The notes: generated by a model not told the origin, from the letters alone. Shown: positions 7,783 to 18,389, numbered from the stretch's first letter. The stretch is 56,217 nt of DNA from a candidate division Kazan bacterium RIFCSPHIGHO2_01_FULL_44_14 (GCA_001771185.1 METB01000001.1:252631-308847); one strand, 5' to 3'. Made by a program: numbers and translations.

Positions 7783-10129
7783 GTCTACGCTTACGGTCAA
7801 TTAGTATCGCTCCTCCACCCAATACCAATTGGGTGATTTGCAGTAAAATAAACCACCACAGCCAGTTGATGCGAGACGGATGGCCCAAGAATCCTGGCAC
7901 TGGTCCACCGAGGGGCGTGTACATTTCCACCACTTTTTCATCTAGCGGGGTCTGATTTTCGACCACACTCGGGCTTTTACCAAAAGCCATTGCCACTCGA
8001 CCATCATTCAACTGCACGACTTGTTGGAACCAATTGTAGCCAGTCAGATAAGAATTTGATGCGGGATAAACTTTATGATTCACGAAATCCAACACCTCGC
8101 CAAGTTCCGCAGAGGCCCCAGAGATACCAGATATTACAGGGCTGATGTAAACAGTATCGTTTGGCAGTAAAAATGTCTTAGACCGAACATGATAATCCGT
8201 CAACACCCCCTCAAAAAATTCTGACTGACCGGTCTTAATATCAAAGATTTCGTATGATGGTGACATATTTGGAGCCACATCCAAACCGTCATCCAGCGAA
8301 TTTTTCGATTCCCCTTTTACAAAACGGGCTTGTTCATCTCCGCCAACAATCAGAACTTTATTGTCTGAAAGTAAAATTGCTGATTGATAAGCCCGACCGA
8401 CTTTTAGTTGGCCGATTTCTTTGCTAGTCATCATCTTTGGGTCAAATATTTCGACACTCCGCGTCAGTCCTAAAATATGCCAACCAGCCGCATCCTCCGC
8501 ACTAGCATTATAGTTGCGCAGGTACCGCCCTTCTCCAAATTCTTCGTTAGCTGGTAATTTTTCAATAAAACTATGTCCGCCAATAATGAGTAGTTTCCCG
8601 TTAGGTAATTCCGTCACCGACTGACCGGCCAAGCGCGGAACCGCCAGCTGAACTAGGTTGGTATAGCCGGAGGTCTTTTTCTTGTCTTGCTGAACCAACT
8701 TCCATTGGCTGGTCTTGGTGTTCCACTGACTAATTGCACTCCGTATCATCACATTAGCAATCACGCTTTGAGCGGTATTAGGAACAAGTTCGGGACGAGG
8801 AGTAATTGCAACTCCGCCAGTCGAAAAACTCCAAGCTGTAGCAATCCCACCCGCTCCCTTGGCTAGAGGCAATTGGGTTGGATTATAAGTTTGAGGGATT
8901 GTGACACCGCCCTGTCCGCTCCGAATATATTTGGTAATATCGGGCCAATCATCCCCAAGTTTCAATGTCCCAGTTTTGGTCTTAGCTGTGTATCGCCCGT
9001 CCTCAATGGTTTGGGCAAAGACCTGTTTGTCATATAACCAACGACTCAACCAATAGTCCCTCACCACACTAACAGCGCCAGTATTGGGATTAAATATTTG
9101 ACCGTAAACTTTGTCGTCATTTCGACTCCACTTAAATAAAACTTTTCCATTATTCAATCGCACCGCTACTTCAACACCAGTTAAATGGCTTTGGGTTGCG
9201 GGATATTTCAATTGACCCCGATTTTGCCAGACCCCTTCATCCTGCCAGTTGGTGGCTAAACTTAGTGGCAGATTTTTGACATTGTCCTTGGCTCGTTGTT
9301 GATCTACCGAGAGCAAAGTAGGTGGTGTATAAATCGCCAGCGACGGAGCAGACGAGGCAACCGCCGACCCAAAAGCATCAGCTGTTAGCCCATTGGAACC
9401 AAAATAATAGAACGCTATTTTCCCATCCCCCAACAAGATGGCGTCACTGGCTGACAGATTTTTAGGTCTGGCTAGAGTTTCAGTCGGAGTATCTAAAATC
9501 GCCAAATCATACAAACTGTAATAAAGCGTCTTGAGATTCTTGCCAATTAAAAGCATCATCCCATCTCCCGCATAAACAAAGTCATAGCCAAATGGTGCTT
9601 GGAGATTAAAACTGCGCTTAACTGCCTTCGAATAGAGAGCAACTTGGTTGCTGACCCCCGCTTCGGTCATTAATAAAATCAGACCACTGGGAAGCGAAAT
9701 AGTTTTTTGGTAATACCTGGTTCGGCCGACAGAATCAATATAAGTTGGAGATCCGTTTTTTCCCCTGGCTAGTTCTTGGCCAACCTCAACATTCCCATCC
9801 AGATGAACTTCTTTTTGTTTGGCTTCGGCATATAAAGCGTATAAATCCGTGAACTGGTCATGTCGACCTTGGAGATAGGTCGGTGACCACTCTCCCGCAT
9901 TGGCCGTACCAGAAATAACTGGAGTAAATGGAATTACTGTTTCCTGACTTGGTCTAAACCACCACCATAGACCCAAAGCAATCAACGCAATTAGCAAAAC
10001 CAGCCACCACCAGCGATGGTGAGGTTTAGGCGCCGGAAGTAGTAACAGAGGACGAGATAGAGACGGCCGGGACTGAAGTCCAATCGACTTTGGAACAGAG
10101 TTTTTTTGAGTTGTTTGATTTCGCCCCAT
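7766..10129 (-). CDS. Membrane-anchored protein with C-terminal Kelch/galactose-oxidase-like repeats
   Basis: N- and C-terminal TM helices; RLAGQSVTELPNGKLLIIGG, GRAYQSAILLSDNKVLIVGG. Confidence 0.75.
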   Translation of the reverse strand: MGRNQTTQKNSVPKSIGLQSRPSLSRPLLLLPAPKPHHRWWWLVLLIALIALGLWWWFRPSQETVIPFTPVISGTANAGEWSPTYLQGRHDQFTDLYALYAEAKQKEVHLDGNVEVGQELARGKNGSPTYIDSVGRTRYYQKTISLPSGLILLMTEAGVSNQVALYSKAVKRSFNLQAPFGYDFVYAGDGMMLLIGKNLKTLYYSLYDLAILDTPTETLARPKNLSASDAILLGDGKIAFYYFGSNGLTADAFGSAVASSAPSLAIYTPPTLLSVDQQRAKDNVKNLPLSLATNWQDEGVWQNRGQLKYPATQSHLTGVEVAVRLNNGKVLFKWSRNDDKVYGQIFNPNTGAVSVVRDYWLSRWLYDKQVFAQTIEDGRYTAKTKTGTLKLGDDWPDITKYIRSGQGGVTIPQTYNPTQLPLAKGAGGIATAWSFSTGGVAITPRPELVPNTAQSVIANVMIRSAISQWNTKTSQWKLVQQDKKKTSGYTNLVQLAVPRLAGQSVTELPNGKLLIIGGHSFIEKLPANEEFGEGRYLRNYNASAEDAAGWHILGLTRSVEIFDPKMMTSKEIGQLKVGRAYQSAILLSDNKVLIVGGDEQARFVKGESKNSLDDGLDVAPNMSPSYEIFDIKTGQSEFFEGVLTDYHVRSKTFLLPNDTVYISPVISGISGASAELGEVLDFVNHKVYPASNSYLTGYNWFQQVVQLNDGRVAMAFGKSPSVVENQTPLDEKVVEMYTPLGGPVPGFLGHPSRINWLWWFILLQITQLVLGGGAILIDRKRRQKKTG

Positions 10130-10160
10130 ATGGGTTCATTGTACGCTAAAACCTCTGCTC

Positions 10161-10189
10161 TTGACAATTCTTGGAGTTTGTAGTATAAT
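10161..10189 (+). promoter_or_regulatory. Perfect sigma70 promoter for the giant surface protein gene
   Basis: TTGACA (10161-10166) - 17 nt - TATAAT (10184-10189). Confidence 0.8.
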
Positions 10190-10232
10190 AAAATAATACT
10201 CAAGAGATGGTTGCTATCTGGTAGAGACGCTC

Positions 10233-13200
10233 TTGAATAAAACAAAAATCAACCCCATGCCAAAAACTGTTCTGACGATAAAATCACGCCGGCTATTTGC
10301 CTTTATTACCGCCTTCACTTTGGTGTTCCAAAGTGTAATCCTGGGCGGTATTTTTGGTGGCTTCCCGGCTTATGCCTCAACTGCTACCTATAATTTCACT
10401 ACGCCGGCCGAATATACAGTCACGGACACCTTCGCTATCCACGGTGGCACGGCTCACTTTAAAATTGACTGGGCCGACGTGGCCTCCTCTATCCCATCTG
10501 TTGCTACCATTACTGACCTGATCAGTCCGGCCAGCGCGGGCTTGGTCTGGTCGGCAACCGGTGATGTAGATGGAGCTTATAAGTCAATCAACTACGGCGG
10601 TAACTGGAATAATATCAGCATCAACGCTGATTTTATCCCTGATGATTTTGAGGTTACCCTAGGCGACGCGGGTGCCAACGCGGTCAATCTATTTGTCGGT
10701 GGTTCCGACACGGTAGCCGGCGCCTACGCCTACTCCACCAACAACGGTACGAACTGGACCTACAACGACACCGCTCTGGTCGGTGCTCAAAACATCGTAT
10801 CGGTGGCCCACAAGAGCAGCGCCACCAGCTACACTTGGGTATTTCACCGAGACGGAGCGATCTCGCGGACCGAGGATATCGACGTCATCACTATTTGGGC
10901 ATTCGTGGCTACACCATTCGCCGACGCCCGCCAACTGCTCTGGGACGAAACGAACGGTCTATTAATCGCCTCCGGAGGTGATCTGGTCGACGGCAAGGTG
11001 TCCTTTTCTAATGACAACGGGGACAGTTGGACCTCGGCCACCCTGCCGGGGAGCCCGCCGGTCACCATTGATAAATTGGGTTACAGTAACGGTTACCTGT
11101 ATGTGGGCGGCTCTGGTTATGTAGCCGTGGGAGATGTCTCCGCTGGACTGAATAATGCCGGCTCTTGGACAGATGTATCGGCCAATATCAACAGTGGCAA
11201 CTTCACCGCTGTAACGGAATTTCTTAACGCTAACGAAGTCATGCTCGTGTCGGTAGATGCCACTACTGGTATTGATAACGGACAGGTCTATAGCACCCTA
11301 AACGATGGTACTAATTGGCTGACGCACGGTGTGGCCACCGCCGCCACAATGCCAGGCCCACTAACGCGCCTATATAGTAATGGACAGTTCCTGTGGGGAG
11401 TTGATGATGACGTCGGGTCTCCCTCGACTTACGTTGGAGATTTTGATACCGACAGCGCCTCGGTGGTTACGACAGTCGGTATCAGCGTCGCTACTTTGTC
11501 GGCCATCGATATTACTTATAACTCGGCGAGCGAGGAAGACAACGTCGGCGTGGCACTTGGGTTTGGCGTTGATCCGGCCGGCACTTGGTACTATCACGAC
11601 GGCGGTGCCTGGACTAGCGTGGTGGGTGGCGACTACACCAACGCCAACATCGAAGCCCAGCTCGACACCAATCTGGGTACTTTTGATGACGAGGTCGCCA
11701 TCACTGGCGATATCTATTTAAAAATTTACAGTAAGGGAACCGTTGAAGGCAGTGGAGCTTATATCCACGACCTATTCCTAATCGATAATATCGATGTAAC
11801 CTATACGGCTGGGACGCTAGCCGTAACTTCTCCTAATGGCGCAGAAACTTGGGTAGTCGGTAGTACCCATGATATTACCTGGACTAGCACCGGGTTTGGT
11901 GCTGGTAACATTATTGATATTGACTACTATTCTCCTAACAATGGCGGAGGATGGAACAGTATTATTGCTAACACCGCCAATGATGGAAGTTATACTTGGA
12001 CCCTTCCCAACGATCAGACTAATCAAGCGTTGGTTCGGGTTTCGAGTGGAAGTGTGACTGATTCTAGCGATGCGGTATTTACCATCTATATCCCAATTCG
12101 CAGTCCCGACGAAAATGACCCAGCATCCCAAGTTGACGCTCTGCCCCAATATAAAACTTCGTCATCTTTCAATGTCAGTGCAACAGCATCAGACAATGTT
12201 GGAGTTCAAACGGTTTCGCTTTACTACCGTTCCGACCAAAGCCCAACCATTCAATTGTGGGATACGGACAATAGTGCTCCGTTCGTGTTTAACTTCACCT
12301 CACCCCACGGAAATGGTCTTTATCAATTTTATTCTGGGGCCGTTGACTTCAGTGGTAATGACAACTGGCCAGAGAAACTAATCGCCGGACCGATAGTTGA
12401 GGCCTCCACGACTGTTGATACATTCGGGCCATACATTACCACCCAAGCCCCCTATCCCAACCAAACCGAGGTGGCAATTACCCAAGATATCATCGTGGAG
12501 TTTTCTGAACCAATGAATACTGGGACTTTTGGCTACCAATTGTACGAGCAAAATAATCCGACCAAACCAGTCACGATTATCAGTACTACTTGGAGTAACA
12601 GCGATACCAAGCTGACCGTCAAACATGCTAATTTTAGTTATAAAACTTGGTACACTTTCCATGCTGTGACCGCCACCGATAAGGCCGGTAATATTCTACT
12701 AGAAGGTACGCCGGGAGGCGGCTGGGGAATGGGAATTGAAGTGTACTATCCTGAAGGGACCTGGGATTTTGAGACCGCGCCCAAGCGCGACCCCGACTTA
12801 ACTTCCTCAACTATTGAGGTAAGCGACGGTACTCACGCCGGTAAATATCTACCCAGCGAAACCGCTCACTATACGATTACCCTACGCAATACCAGCGACT
12901 TACCGGCTAACAATGTCCAGGCCTCATTAACGGTATCCGAGGGAATCAAAATCGTGTCCGGCAGTATCACTAAAACCGGAGGGACAATCCAGATTCATTA
13001 TGCTGGTCTATTGATTACTGGTTTCACTTGGTCCGGAACGGTCATCAAAGGCACCAATGTAATTATTCGATTCAACGCTACCGTCAATACACCGGCTAAT
13101 ATTTTGGAAATCGAGCAAGGCATCGCAATCGATGACAATGTAAATGAGATGTTTCAACCGGCCCCGGCAGTGATTCACATTGCCAAGAATCCTGATTTTA

Positions 13201-15230
13201 CCGCTTCAACTAAGACAGTTGATAAACCCGAAGCAGTACCGGGGACCTTGCTCGAATATAACATTACCATCGTCCATCAGGGCAATACTGTAGTAGACGC
13301 TTTGACAATCGACAACATCCCGACTAACACTACTTATGTCAACGGCTCTTTGACTGGAGATACTGGTTGGCAGACCTTGCAATATAATCCGGTTAATAAT
13401 CAAATCCAGGCCCAGGCCCAAATGCTGTCGAATTTCCCGTCTGGTCGTCCTTGGGAAATGGGTGTCCCAGAAGATGACGAGGGGTGGATTCCTACCACTC
13501 TGCAATTTAGTTTTTGGGTCAGTATTAATAATGGCACCGAAGGTGAAATCAGTAATACCGCCACCGTGTCAGATCCGGATGTGCCGGGGAGTTCTTTTAC
13601 TACCGATCCACCGGCAGTCACTTTGGTCCCTGGCGATAGTACCGAGGAAAAATTTTCTCCGCAGATCGTCAACCAATCTCCTGACAATGGCAGTTTTAGC
13701 GCGCCATTAAAAGGCACCATTAACGCTCAATTCAGCAAATCGATTAAGACCGATACATTAACTTATAGTGTGAATCTTGACGGCTATCCAGTTGATACTA
13801 CTGGTTGGCAAGACAGTTGGAGCCAGGAAGATAAACTATGGACACTCACTCCAGCAGAAAGTTTAGAAGTTGGTGCCCCTTATGAAGTTGAAATTAGTTA
13901 TGCCGAGGATACCGATGGCAATGTGCTGGTTGATGGACCATTACCCAACCCCTGGAGTTTTACGACGGTTGACCCAGTAGTAACTATCACTTCACCTAGC
14001 GAACTTTTGGTAGAACTAGTTGCTGAACAAATCAGCCCAGTTTTTACTGTGACTTTAAAAGACGCCCTGTCGGGTCAGACCTATACTGCCGAAGAAAATA
14101 CTACGATTGGACTAGGGGCTTGGCTAGGCGGAACTCCGCGCACCGCTGGTGTATTCTTGCTCCAAGATGGGAGTAACTGGCGGTATGTGACATCGATTAC
14201 GCTTACAACTGGTCAGTCACAAGCCCAGTTTTATTATCGCGACAGTAATATTTCCGATCCTGACTACATTACCATCACCGCTTATGAAAATCCGTCACAG
14301 GGTTGGGGTGACGCTGAAAAGAACGCGATCGTCCGAGGTGACGCACCTCCGGCTGATCATTTAATCGTCAACATCGATACCACCCTATTCACCACTAGTC
14401 AATTTAGCCCACCAATGGCAGTCCAGGCCCAAGACCAAACCGGGAAATTCTTGCGATTGCCGGAGATCTTATATTTCTACACTTCTTCCGACACGGGTCG
14501 ATTCTATGATGCGAATCACAATGTCCTGCCCGAATGGCTAACCATCCAAGGATTTAATCCCACTACCAACCTACAGTACTCCCAGCCAGGGGCAACTGGC
14601 AGTGCAACTTTCTATTATTGGGATATCACTCCAGGCGCTTACTTGGTCACCATTGCCGACCAGGCCCCGCTGACTCCGGATACCGGCTTCCGCAATGTCA
14701 GCGCGGTGTTCAATGTCGCAAACCTATTAGAAGAGGAAGAACTGCTCGAAGAATTAGAAGAAGTCGAAGACGAAACTGGCCGAGTTTTAGCCGAAGTGAC
14801 AGTTGAACCGACCGAGACCACTTTACTTCCTGGTGAGAAACAAACCTTTACCGCCAAGGCCTACGACGAAGATGGCAAAGAAATAGAAAATGTAATCTTT
14901 AGATGGTATGTGTTGGCCGGGGGCGGTACAATATTAAAGACCGGTAGCAAAGATGGTTCTCATGGTTCCGTTTTCACTGCTGGTCAAAAGCCCGGCATCT
15001 ACTATGACACTATTCTGGTCGCCACCCTTTACAACGGCAAGATTAATTACGCCACAGCTGGTGTAACCGTAACTGACATCGTTGAATACGGTGGCCCAGC
15101 CCGACTCCCCACTACTGGTATCTCTGGTCTGCAATTGATTCTATTGGCCCTGACTTTGTTAGCCGCAGTGGCTCTGGCCTGGGTTGAACATTATGATAAG
15201 ACCCACTTCAGAGAAGAAAGTAATGAGTAA
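10233..15230 (+). CDS. Giant secreted surface protein (BNR-like repeats, Ser/Thr-rich Ig domain, SbsA-type Ig, DUF11-like, Big_2-like) with C-terminal LPxTG-like sorting signal
   Basis: 1665 aa; signal/TM segment; YSTNNGTNW, SFSNDNGDSW; VTSPNGAETWVVGSTHDITWTS; IIVEFSEPMN; LPTTG + hydrophobic stretch + charged tail. Start is TTG 10233 or ATG 10257. Confidence 0.85.
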   Translation: MNKTKINPMPKTVLTIKSRRLFAFITAFTLVFQSVILGGIFGGFPAYASTATYNFTTPAEYTVTDTFAIHGGTAHFKIDWADVASSIPSVATITDLISPASAGLVWSATGDVDGAYKSINYGGNWNNISINADFIPDDFEVTLGDAGANAVNLFVGGSDTVAGAYAYSTNNGTNWTYNDTALVGAQNIVSVAHKSSATSYTWVFHRDGAISRTEDIDVITIWAFVATPFADARQLLWDETNGLLIASGGDLVDGKVSFSNDNGDSWTSATLPGSPPVTIDKLGYSNGYLYVGGSGYVAVGDVSAGLNNAGSWTDVSANINSGNFTAVTEFLNANEVMLVSVDATTGIDNGQVYSTLNDGTNWLTHGVATAATMPGPLTRLYSNGQFLWGVDDDVGSPSTYVGDFDTDSASVVTTVGISVATLSAIDITYNSASEEDNVGVALGFGVDPAGTWYYHDGGAWTSVVGGDYTNANIEAQLDTNLGTFDDEVAITGDIYLKIYSKGTVEGSGAYIHDLFLIDNIDVTYTAGTLAVTSPNGAETWVVGSTHDITWTSTGFGAGNIIDIDYYSPNNGGGWNSIIANTANDGSYTWTLPNDQTNQALVRVSSGSVTDSSDAVFTIYIPIRSPDENDPASQVDALPQYKTSSSFNVSATASDNVGVQTVSLYYRSDQSPTIQLWDTDNSAPFVFNFTSPHGNGLYQFYSGAVDFSGNDNWPEKLIAGPIVEASTTVDTFGPYITTQAPYPNQTEVAITQDIIVEFSEPMNTGTFGYQLYEQNNPTKPVTIISTTWSNSDTKLTVKHANFSYKTWYTFHAVTATDKAGNILLEGTPGGGWGMGIEVYYPEGTWDFETAPKRDPDLTSSTIEVSDGTHAGKYLPSETAHYTITLRNTSDLPANNVQASLTVSEGIKIVSGSITKTGGTIQIHYAGLLITGFTWSGTVIKGTNVIIRFNATVNTPANILEIEQGIAIDDNVNEMFQPAPAVIHIAKNPDFTASTKTVDKPEAVPGTLLEYNITIVHQGNTVVDALTIDNIPTNTTYVNGSLTGDTGWQTLQYNPVNNQIQAQAQMLSNFPSGRPWEMGVPEDDEGWIPTTLQFSFWVSINNGTEGEISNTATVSDPDVPGSSFTTDPPAVTLVPGDSTEEKFSPQIVNQSPDNGSFSAPLKGTINAQFSKSIKTDTLTYSVNLDGYPVDTTGWQDSWSQEDKLWTLTPAESLEVGAPYEVEISYAEDTDGNVLVDGPLPNPWSFTTVDPVVTITSPSELLVELVAEQISPVFTVTLKDALSGQTYTAEENTTIGLGAWLGGTPRTAGVFLLQDGSNWRYVTSITLTTGQSQAQFYYRDSNISDPDYITITAYENPSQGWGDAEKNAIVRGDAPPADHLIVNIDTTLFTTSQFSPPMAVQAQDQTGKFLRLPEILYFYTSSDTGRFYDANHNVLPEWLTIQGFNPTTNLQYSQPGATGSATFYYWDITPGAYLVTIADQAPLTPDTGFRNVSAVFNVANLLEEEELLEELEEVEDETGRVLAEVTVEPTETTLLPGEKQTFTAKAYDEDGKEIENVIFRWYVLAGGGTILKTGSKDGSHGSVFTAGQKPGIYYDTILVATLYNGKINYATAGVTVTDIVEYGGPARLPTTGISGLQLILLALTLLAAVALAWVEHYDKTHFREESNE

Positions 15231-15443
15231 TGAGTCGCGAGTAATAAAAGATGAATATTGAGCCAAATTTTTATCCGTCATACTAGGGAGTTCAGCCCCG
15301 AGGGGCCCCCGTTGGGGCAGAATAACTCCAGTATCGTAAAGGGATTATTTTTTATAAGATTCTGGATGCTTCTGCCGTACGGCAGAATTACCAGAATGAC
15401 GAAATTTTCACAACTCATTACTCACAACTCGTAACTACTAACT
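15220..15443 (+). repeat. Composite repeat: heptad 5' arm, nested GTCAT REPs, heptad 3' arm abutting the next ATG
   Basis: GTAATGA GTAATGA GTCGCGA GTAAT (15220-15245) ... CAACTCATTACTCACAACTCGTAACTACTAACT-ATG(15444). Confidence 0.8.
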
Positions 15444-15953
15444 ATGAAACACATCCTCCATCATTTCCGCCGCAACCGCACCTATAGTTCTCATGAACGA
15501 TGGGGTGTGTTCGCGGTTTTGGGAGCGCTGACAATTTTGGTTTCCGCCAGTAGTTTCATCTTGTTTGGCGAACCAGTTGCTTCAGCATCCTCACTGGCAG
15601 TGTTTGAAATTAATCCAATTAATCAAACCTTGTCGGCCGATGGGTTGGCTCATGGCCAGACCACTATTACTGTGATTGACAAAAAGACCAGCCAAGCGGT
15701 AGTTGGGGTTTGGGTTGGTTTACAAGTGACCAATCCAACCTTGCGAAGTATGGAAAGTACTTATCTGGACTGGTACAGCCCCGAGCCAGGACGAGCATTC
15801 TACCAGACCGACGAACGAGGCCAAGTATCGTTCCTGATGATATCTAGTGTTCCTGGAGAAATTGAATATGCTATTTTTGCAGCTAACCCAGAACTAAAAA
15901 ACGACAACAAATACCAAGACCTCGAACAAAGATTCAAGGTTGTATTTGAATAA
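15444..15953 (+). CDS. Membrane-anchored Ig-like (Big_1/invasin-like) protein
   Basis: TM helix, then LSADGLAHGQTTITVID...YQTDERGQVSFLMISSVPGE. Confidence 0.7.
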   Translation: MKHILHHFRRNRTYSSHERWGVFAVLGALTILVSASSFILFGEPVASASSLAVFEINPINQTLSADGLAHGQTTITVIDKKTSQAVVGVWVGLQVTNPTLRSMESTYLDWYSPEPGRAFYQTDERGQVSFLMISSVPGEIEYAIFAANPELKNDNKYQDLEQRFKVVFE

Positions 15954-15954
15954 T

Positions 15955-16144
15955 CTAGTATCGAGTTGCGAGTTTTTCTTTTGTGTCATTCCGGATTTAG
16001 TCCGGAATCTAGACAATAAAATGAATATTTTTTTATGGATGGATCCTGAAACCCCTCGGTAAACTCGGGACATCGCCCCTCGGTAAGCTCGGGACATCGC
16101 AAGTTCAGGATGACAGAGGAGAATTATCACTTGCGACTCATCGT
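15955..16144. repeat. Composite repeat region (heptad arms plus GTCAT REPs with an internal tandem duplication)
   Basis: gtcattccggatttagtccggaatctag; ggatcctgaa...cccctcggtaa(a/g)ctcgggacatcg x2...ttcaggatgac; agtatcgagttgcgagt. Confidence 0.8.
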
Positions 16145-16552
16145 TCATCGCTGCCTCGCATCCAATACTTGATTAACCAGCTGGTCGGCTGGTTTATTTA
16201 ATTCCCGACGGACATGTTGGAAATTGACTTTGGTCAGTTTACCGATTAATTTCTGGACTTCGGCAAACAATGGTTGTAAGTGAGCATCCCGCACTCGATA
16301 CTCGCCACTAAGCTGCTTAACAATTAACTCACTATCTAATTTCACTACCAATTCGCTGGGTTTTAATTTGATAGCAACTTTTAACCCATCAATCAGGGCC
16401 AAGTACTCGGCTTGGTTGTTGGTAGCTTCACCTAAATAACGACTAGTCGTTTTAACCACTTTGCCTTTGGCATCAGTCGCAACCACGCCGGTAGCAGCTG
16501 GGCCAGGATTACCTCTGGCTCCCCCATCAGTGTTGAGATAAAGTTTTGTCAT
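16145..16552 (-). CDS. rnhA: Ribonuclease HI (archaeal/actinobacterial-like short type)
   Basis: DGGARGNPGPAA, TNNQAEY, LDSELIVKQLSGEYRV, HVRRELNKPADQLVN. Confidence 0.93.
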   Translation of the reverse strand: MTKLYLNTDGGARGNPGPAATGVVATDAKGKVVKTTSRYLGEATNNQAEYLALIDGLKVAIKLKPSELVVKLDSELIVKQLSGEYRVRDAHLQPLFAEVQKLIGKLTKVNFQHVRRELNKPADQLVNQVLDARQR

Positions 16553-16625
16553 ATTTCTAGTGTACCCTATCTGCCACCATGGTTGACTGGGATATACTGA
16601 AACTGTAATCTTACCTTTGGATTAA

Positions 16626-16700
16626 GCCGGAGTAACTCAGTGGTAGAGTAGCTGTTTCGTAAACAGCAAGTCGTGGGTTCAAATCCCACCTCCGGCTCCA
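16626..16700 (+). tRNA. tRNA-Thr(CGT)
   Basis: Cloverleaf GCCGGAG...GCTGT TTCGTAA ACAGC...GTGGG TTCAAAT CCCAC CTCCGGC TCCA. Confidence 0.96.
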
Positions 16701-16755
16701 TCATTGAGGTGGAGTACAGTAATATTGTGATTGGATATATTTTGGTCGTTATGGC

Positions 16756-16830
16756 CGGGGTGTGGCGCATCGGTAGCGCGCGCCGTTCGGGTCGGCGAGG
16801 CAGCAGGTTCAATTCCTGTCACCCCGACCA
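16756..16830 (+). tRNA. tRNA-Pro(CGG)
   Basis: CGGGGTG...CGCCG TTCGGGT CGGCG...GCAGG TTCAATT CCTGT CACCCCG ACCA. Confidence 0.95.
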
Positions 16831-16860
16831 AAACAGACCAAGATATGCGCGGTCTAACTA

Positions 16861-16887
16861 AAAGACCTGAAAATTGTTCAGGTCTTT
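16861..16887 (+). terminator. Hairpin after the tRNA pair
   Basis: aaagacctgaa/ttcaggtcttt 11-bp stem. Confidence 0.55.
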
Positions 16888-17356
16888 CGGCATATAGGGA
16901 ACATTAATGGGACCCATCGAAACAATTGCGTTAGCCGGTTAGAAAATCTCTCGCTTAGTTCAGCATGTTTGAGTCCCGGCAATCCGGGACGAGTTTGCGT
17001 TACCCGCCCGCAACGCTTTGCGTAGCAATGCGGGCGAGGAAACCAGAAAGAGCGATTTTCTATTTCGGCTAGCAATTGGTGAGTGGGCTCGCTTTTGGGC
17101 GCCACCCGTTTGGCGACGCAAATGGGTGGTAATTAATTGGGCGCAATTTCGCGCCCATTATAAAACACCACTAGTTTGCCGCCCTTATTTCTGGTTCTGT
17201 GGAGACCAGGTGGGTCCCCGCTCCGCATTCCCCCAGGAAAGCGGAATTAGGGGTCCCATAAAATTGGGTGTTGAGCCAAATATTGGTGGCAAATTAATGG
17301 TGCTAATTTAATTTTAGCACATATAATTTGGTGTCAATTTGATGGTTTGGGGATAA

Positions 17357-18040
17357 TTATCCAAACGGGATAGTACTGGAGCCAACAAACCAATGCATTA
17401 ATGTAACAATCGGGTCTAGCAGCCGAAAAAGTATGTTTACCCCTAGCAAACTATCGGCAAAAATCAAGAATAGCAGTAGAGTCGGACCGATTTGTTCTAG
17501 CCACATAATCCGCTCGTAACTGACGCCCAGATTATCAAGAATTAGATAGAGGATTTTTGAGCCATCTAGTGGCGGGATTGGAATCAAATTAAATGCCGCC
17601 AACCAAACATTGAGAGTGACTAGAGTTGCCAAAAAAATGTAAATCTGGTCAGTCGGCAGGGCCTGATAATTAATCCAGTAGATTCGTCCCGGTAAGGCCA
17701 AAACAAATGCTAATAACAAATTACTAATTGGACCGGCTAAGGCCACCAACATCTCTCCCCACCGACCACGCCGAACGAAGTTTGGATTATATGGCACCGG
17801 CTTGGCCCAACCAAAAATCGGAGCGTGAACAAAATACAAAGCCAGTGGCAGAGCAATCGTCCCGATTAAATCAATGTGAGCCAATGGATTCAGAGTCAAC
17901 CGACCAGCTGCCCGAGCAGTCGGATCGCCCAGAGCAGTCGCCGTCCAAGCATGAGCAAATTCATGTACAGTAATCGCCACCAGGATGGCTACTATTGAAA
18001 AGATAAGAGTGTCTAAACCCTGAAAAATCGCAAGCGACAT
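17357..18040 (-). CDS. Site-2 protease (M50 family)
   Basis: HEFAH, GRLTLNPLAHID, GWAKPVP, AGPISN, FNLIPIPPLDGSKI. Confidence 0.95.
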   Translation of the reverse strand: MSLAIFQGLDTLIFSIVAILVAITVHEFAHAWTATALGDPTARAAGRLTLNPLAHIDLIGTIALPLALYFVHAPIFGWAKPVPYNPNFVRRGRWGEMLVALAGPISNLLLAFVLALPGRIYWINYQALPTDQIYIFLATLVTLNVWLAAFNLIPIPPLDGSKILYLILDNLGVSYERIMWLEQIGPTLLLFLIFADSLLGVNILFRLLDPIVTLMHWFVGSSTIPFG

Positions 18041-18151
18041 AAAAACCTTGTCCTAAACTATATTTTTTGCTAACCTCATAAAGTCCCTATCTTATTCAGT
18101 TTATCAGTCATTCCGCCTCCCCGTCCACTTCTTAATTCTTAGCTACCTACC

Positions 18152-18182
18152 ATTTGGAATTTGTCATTTGTAATTTGTAATT
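18152..18182 (+). repeat. AT-rich heptad repeat immediately upstream of rpmB
   Basis: ATTTGGA ATTTGTC ATTTGTA ATTTGTA ATT. Confidence 0.7.
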
Positions 18183-18191
18183 TTTCTAAAG

Positions 18192-18389
18192 ATGTCTAAA
18201 ATCTGTTCTATCTGCAACAAACAAATCACGACTGGAAATAATGTCAGCCACTCAAAACGGCGCACTCGGCGGACTTGGTTGCCAAATTTAGGGACTGCTA
18301 AAATCACCGAGAACGGCCAGACCAAAACCATCACGGCCTGTACTCGGTGTTTAAAGACCCTGTCCAAAATTAAGCGAGGCAAGAAGTAA
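18192..18389 (+). CDS. rpmB: 50S ribosomal protein L28 (Zn-binding C+ type)
   Basis: [10 protein letters not shown]...[19 protein letters not shown]...CTRCLK. Confidence 0.97.
   Translation: MSKICSICNKQITTGNNVSHSKRRTRRTWLPNLGTAKITENGQTKTITACTRCLKTLSKIKRGKK

Noticed and set aside
15894-16148. 84-aa ORF with a tandem peptide repeat (AMSRAYRG/AMSRVYRG)
   Set aside because: It is a translation of the composite REP region; there is no evidence it is a gene.
16907-17259. RNase P RNA or SRP RNA
   Set aside because: No GAGGAAAGUCC / ACAGAACCCGGCUUA P4 pair on either strand, and no SRP domain IV motif; kept only as an unknown structured candidate.
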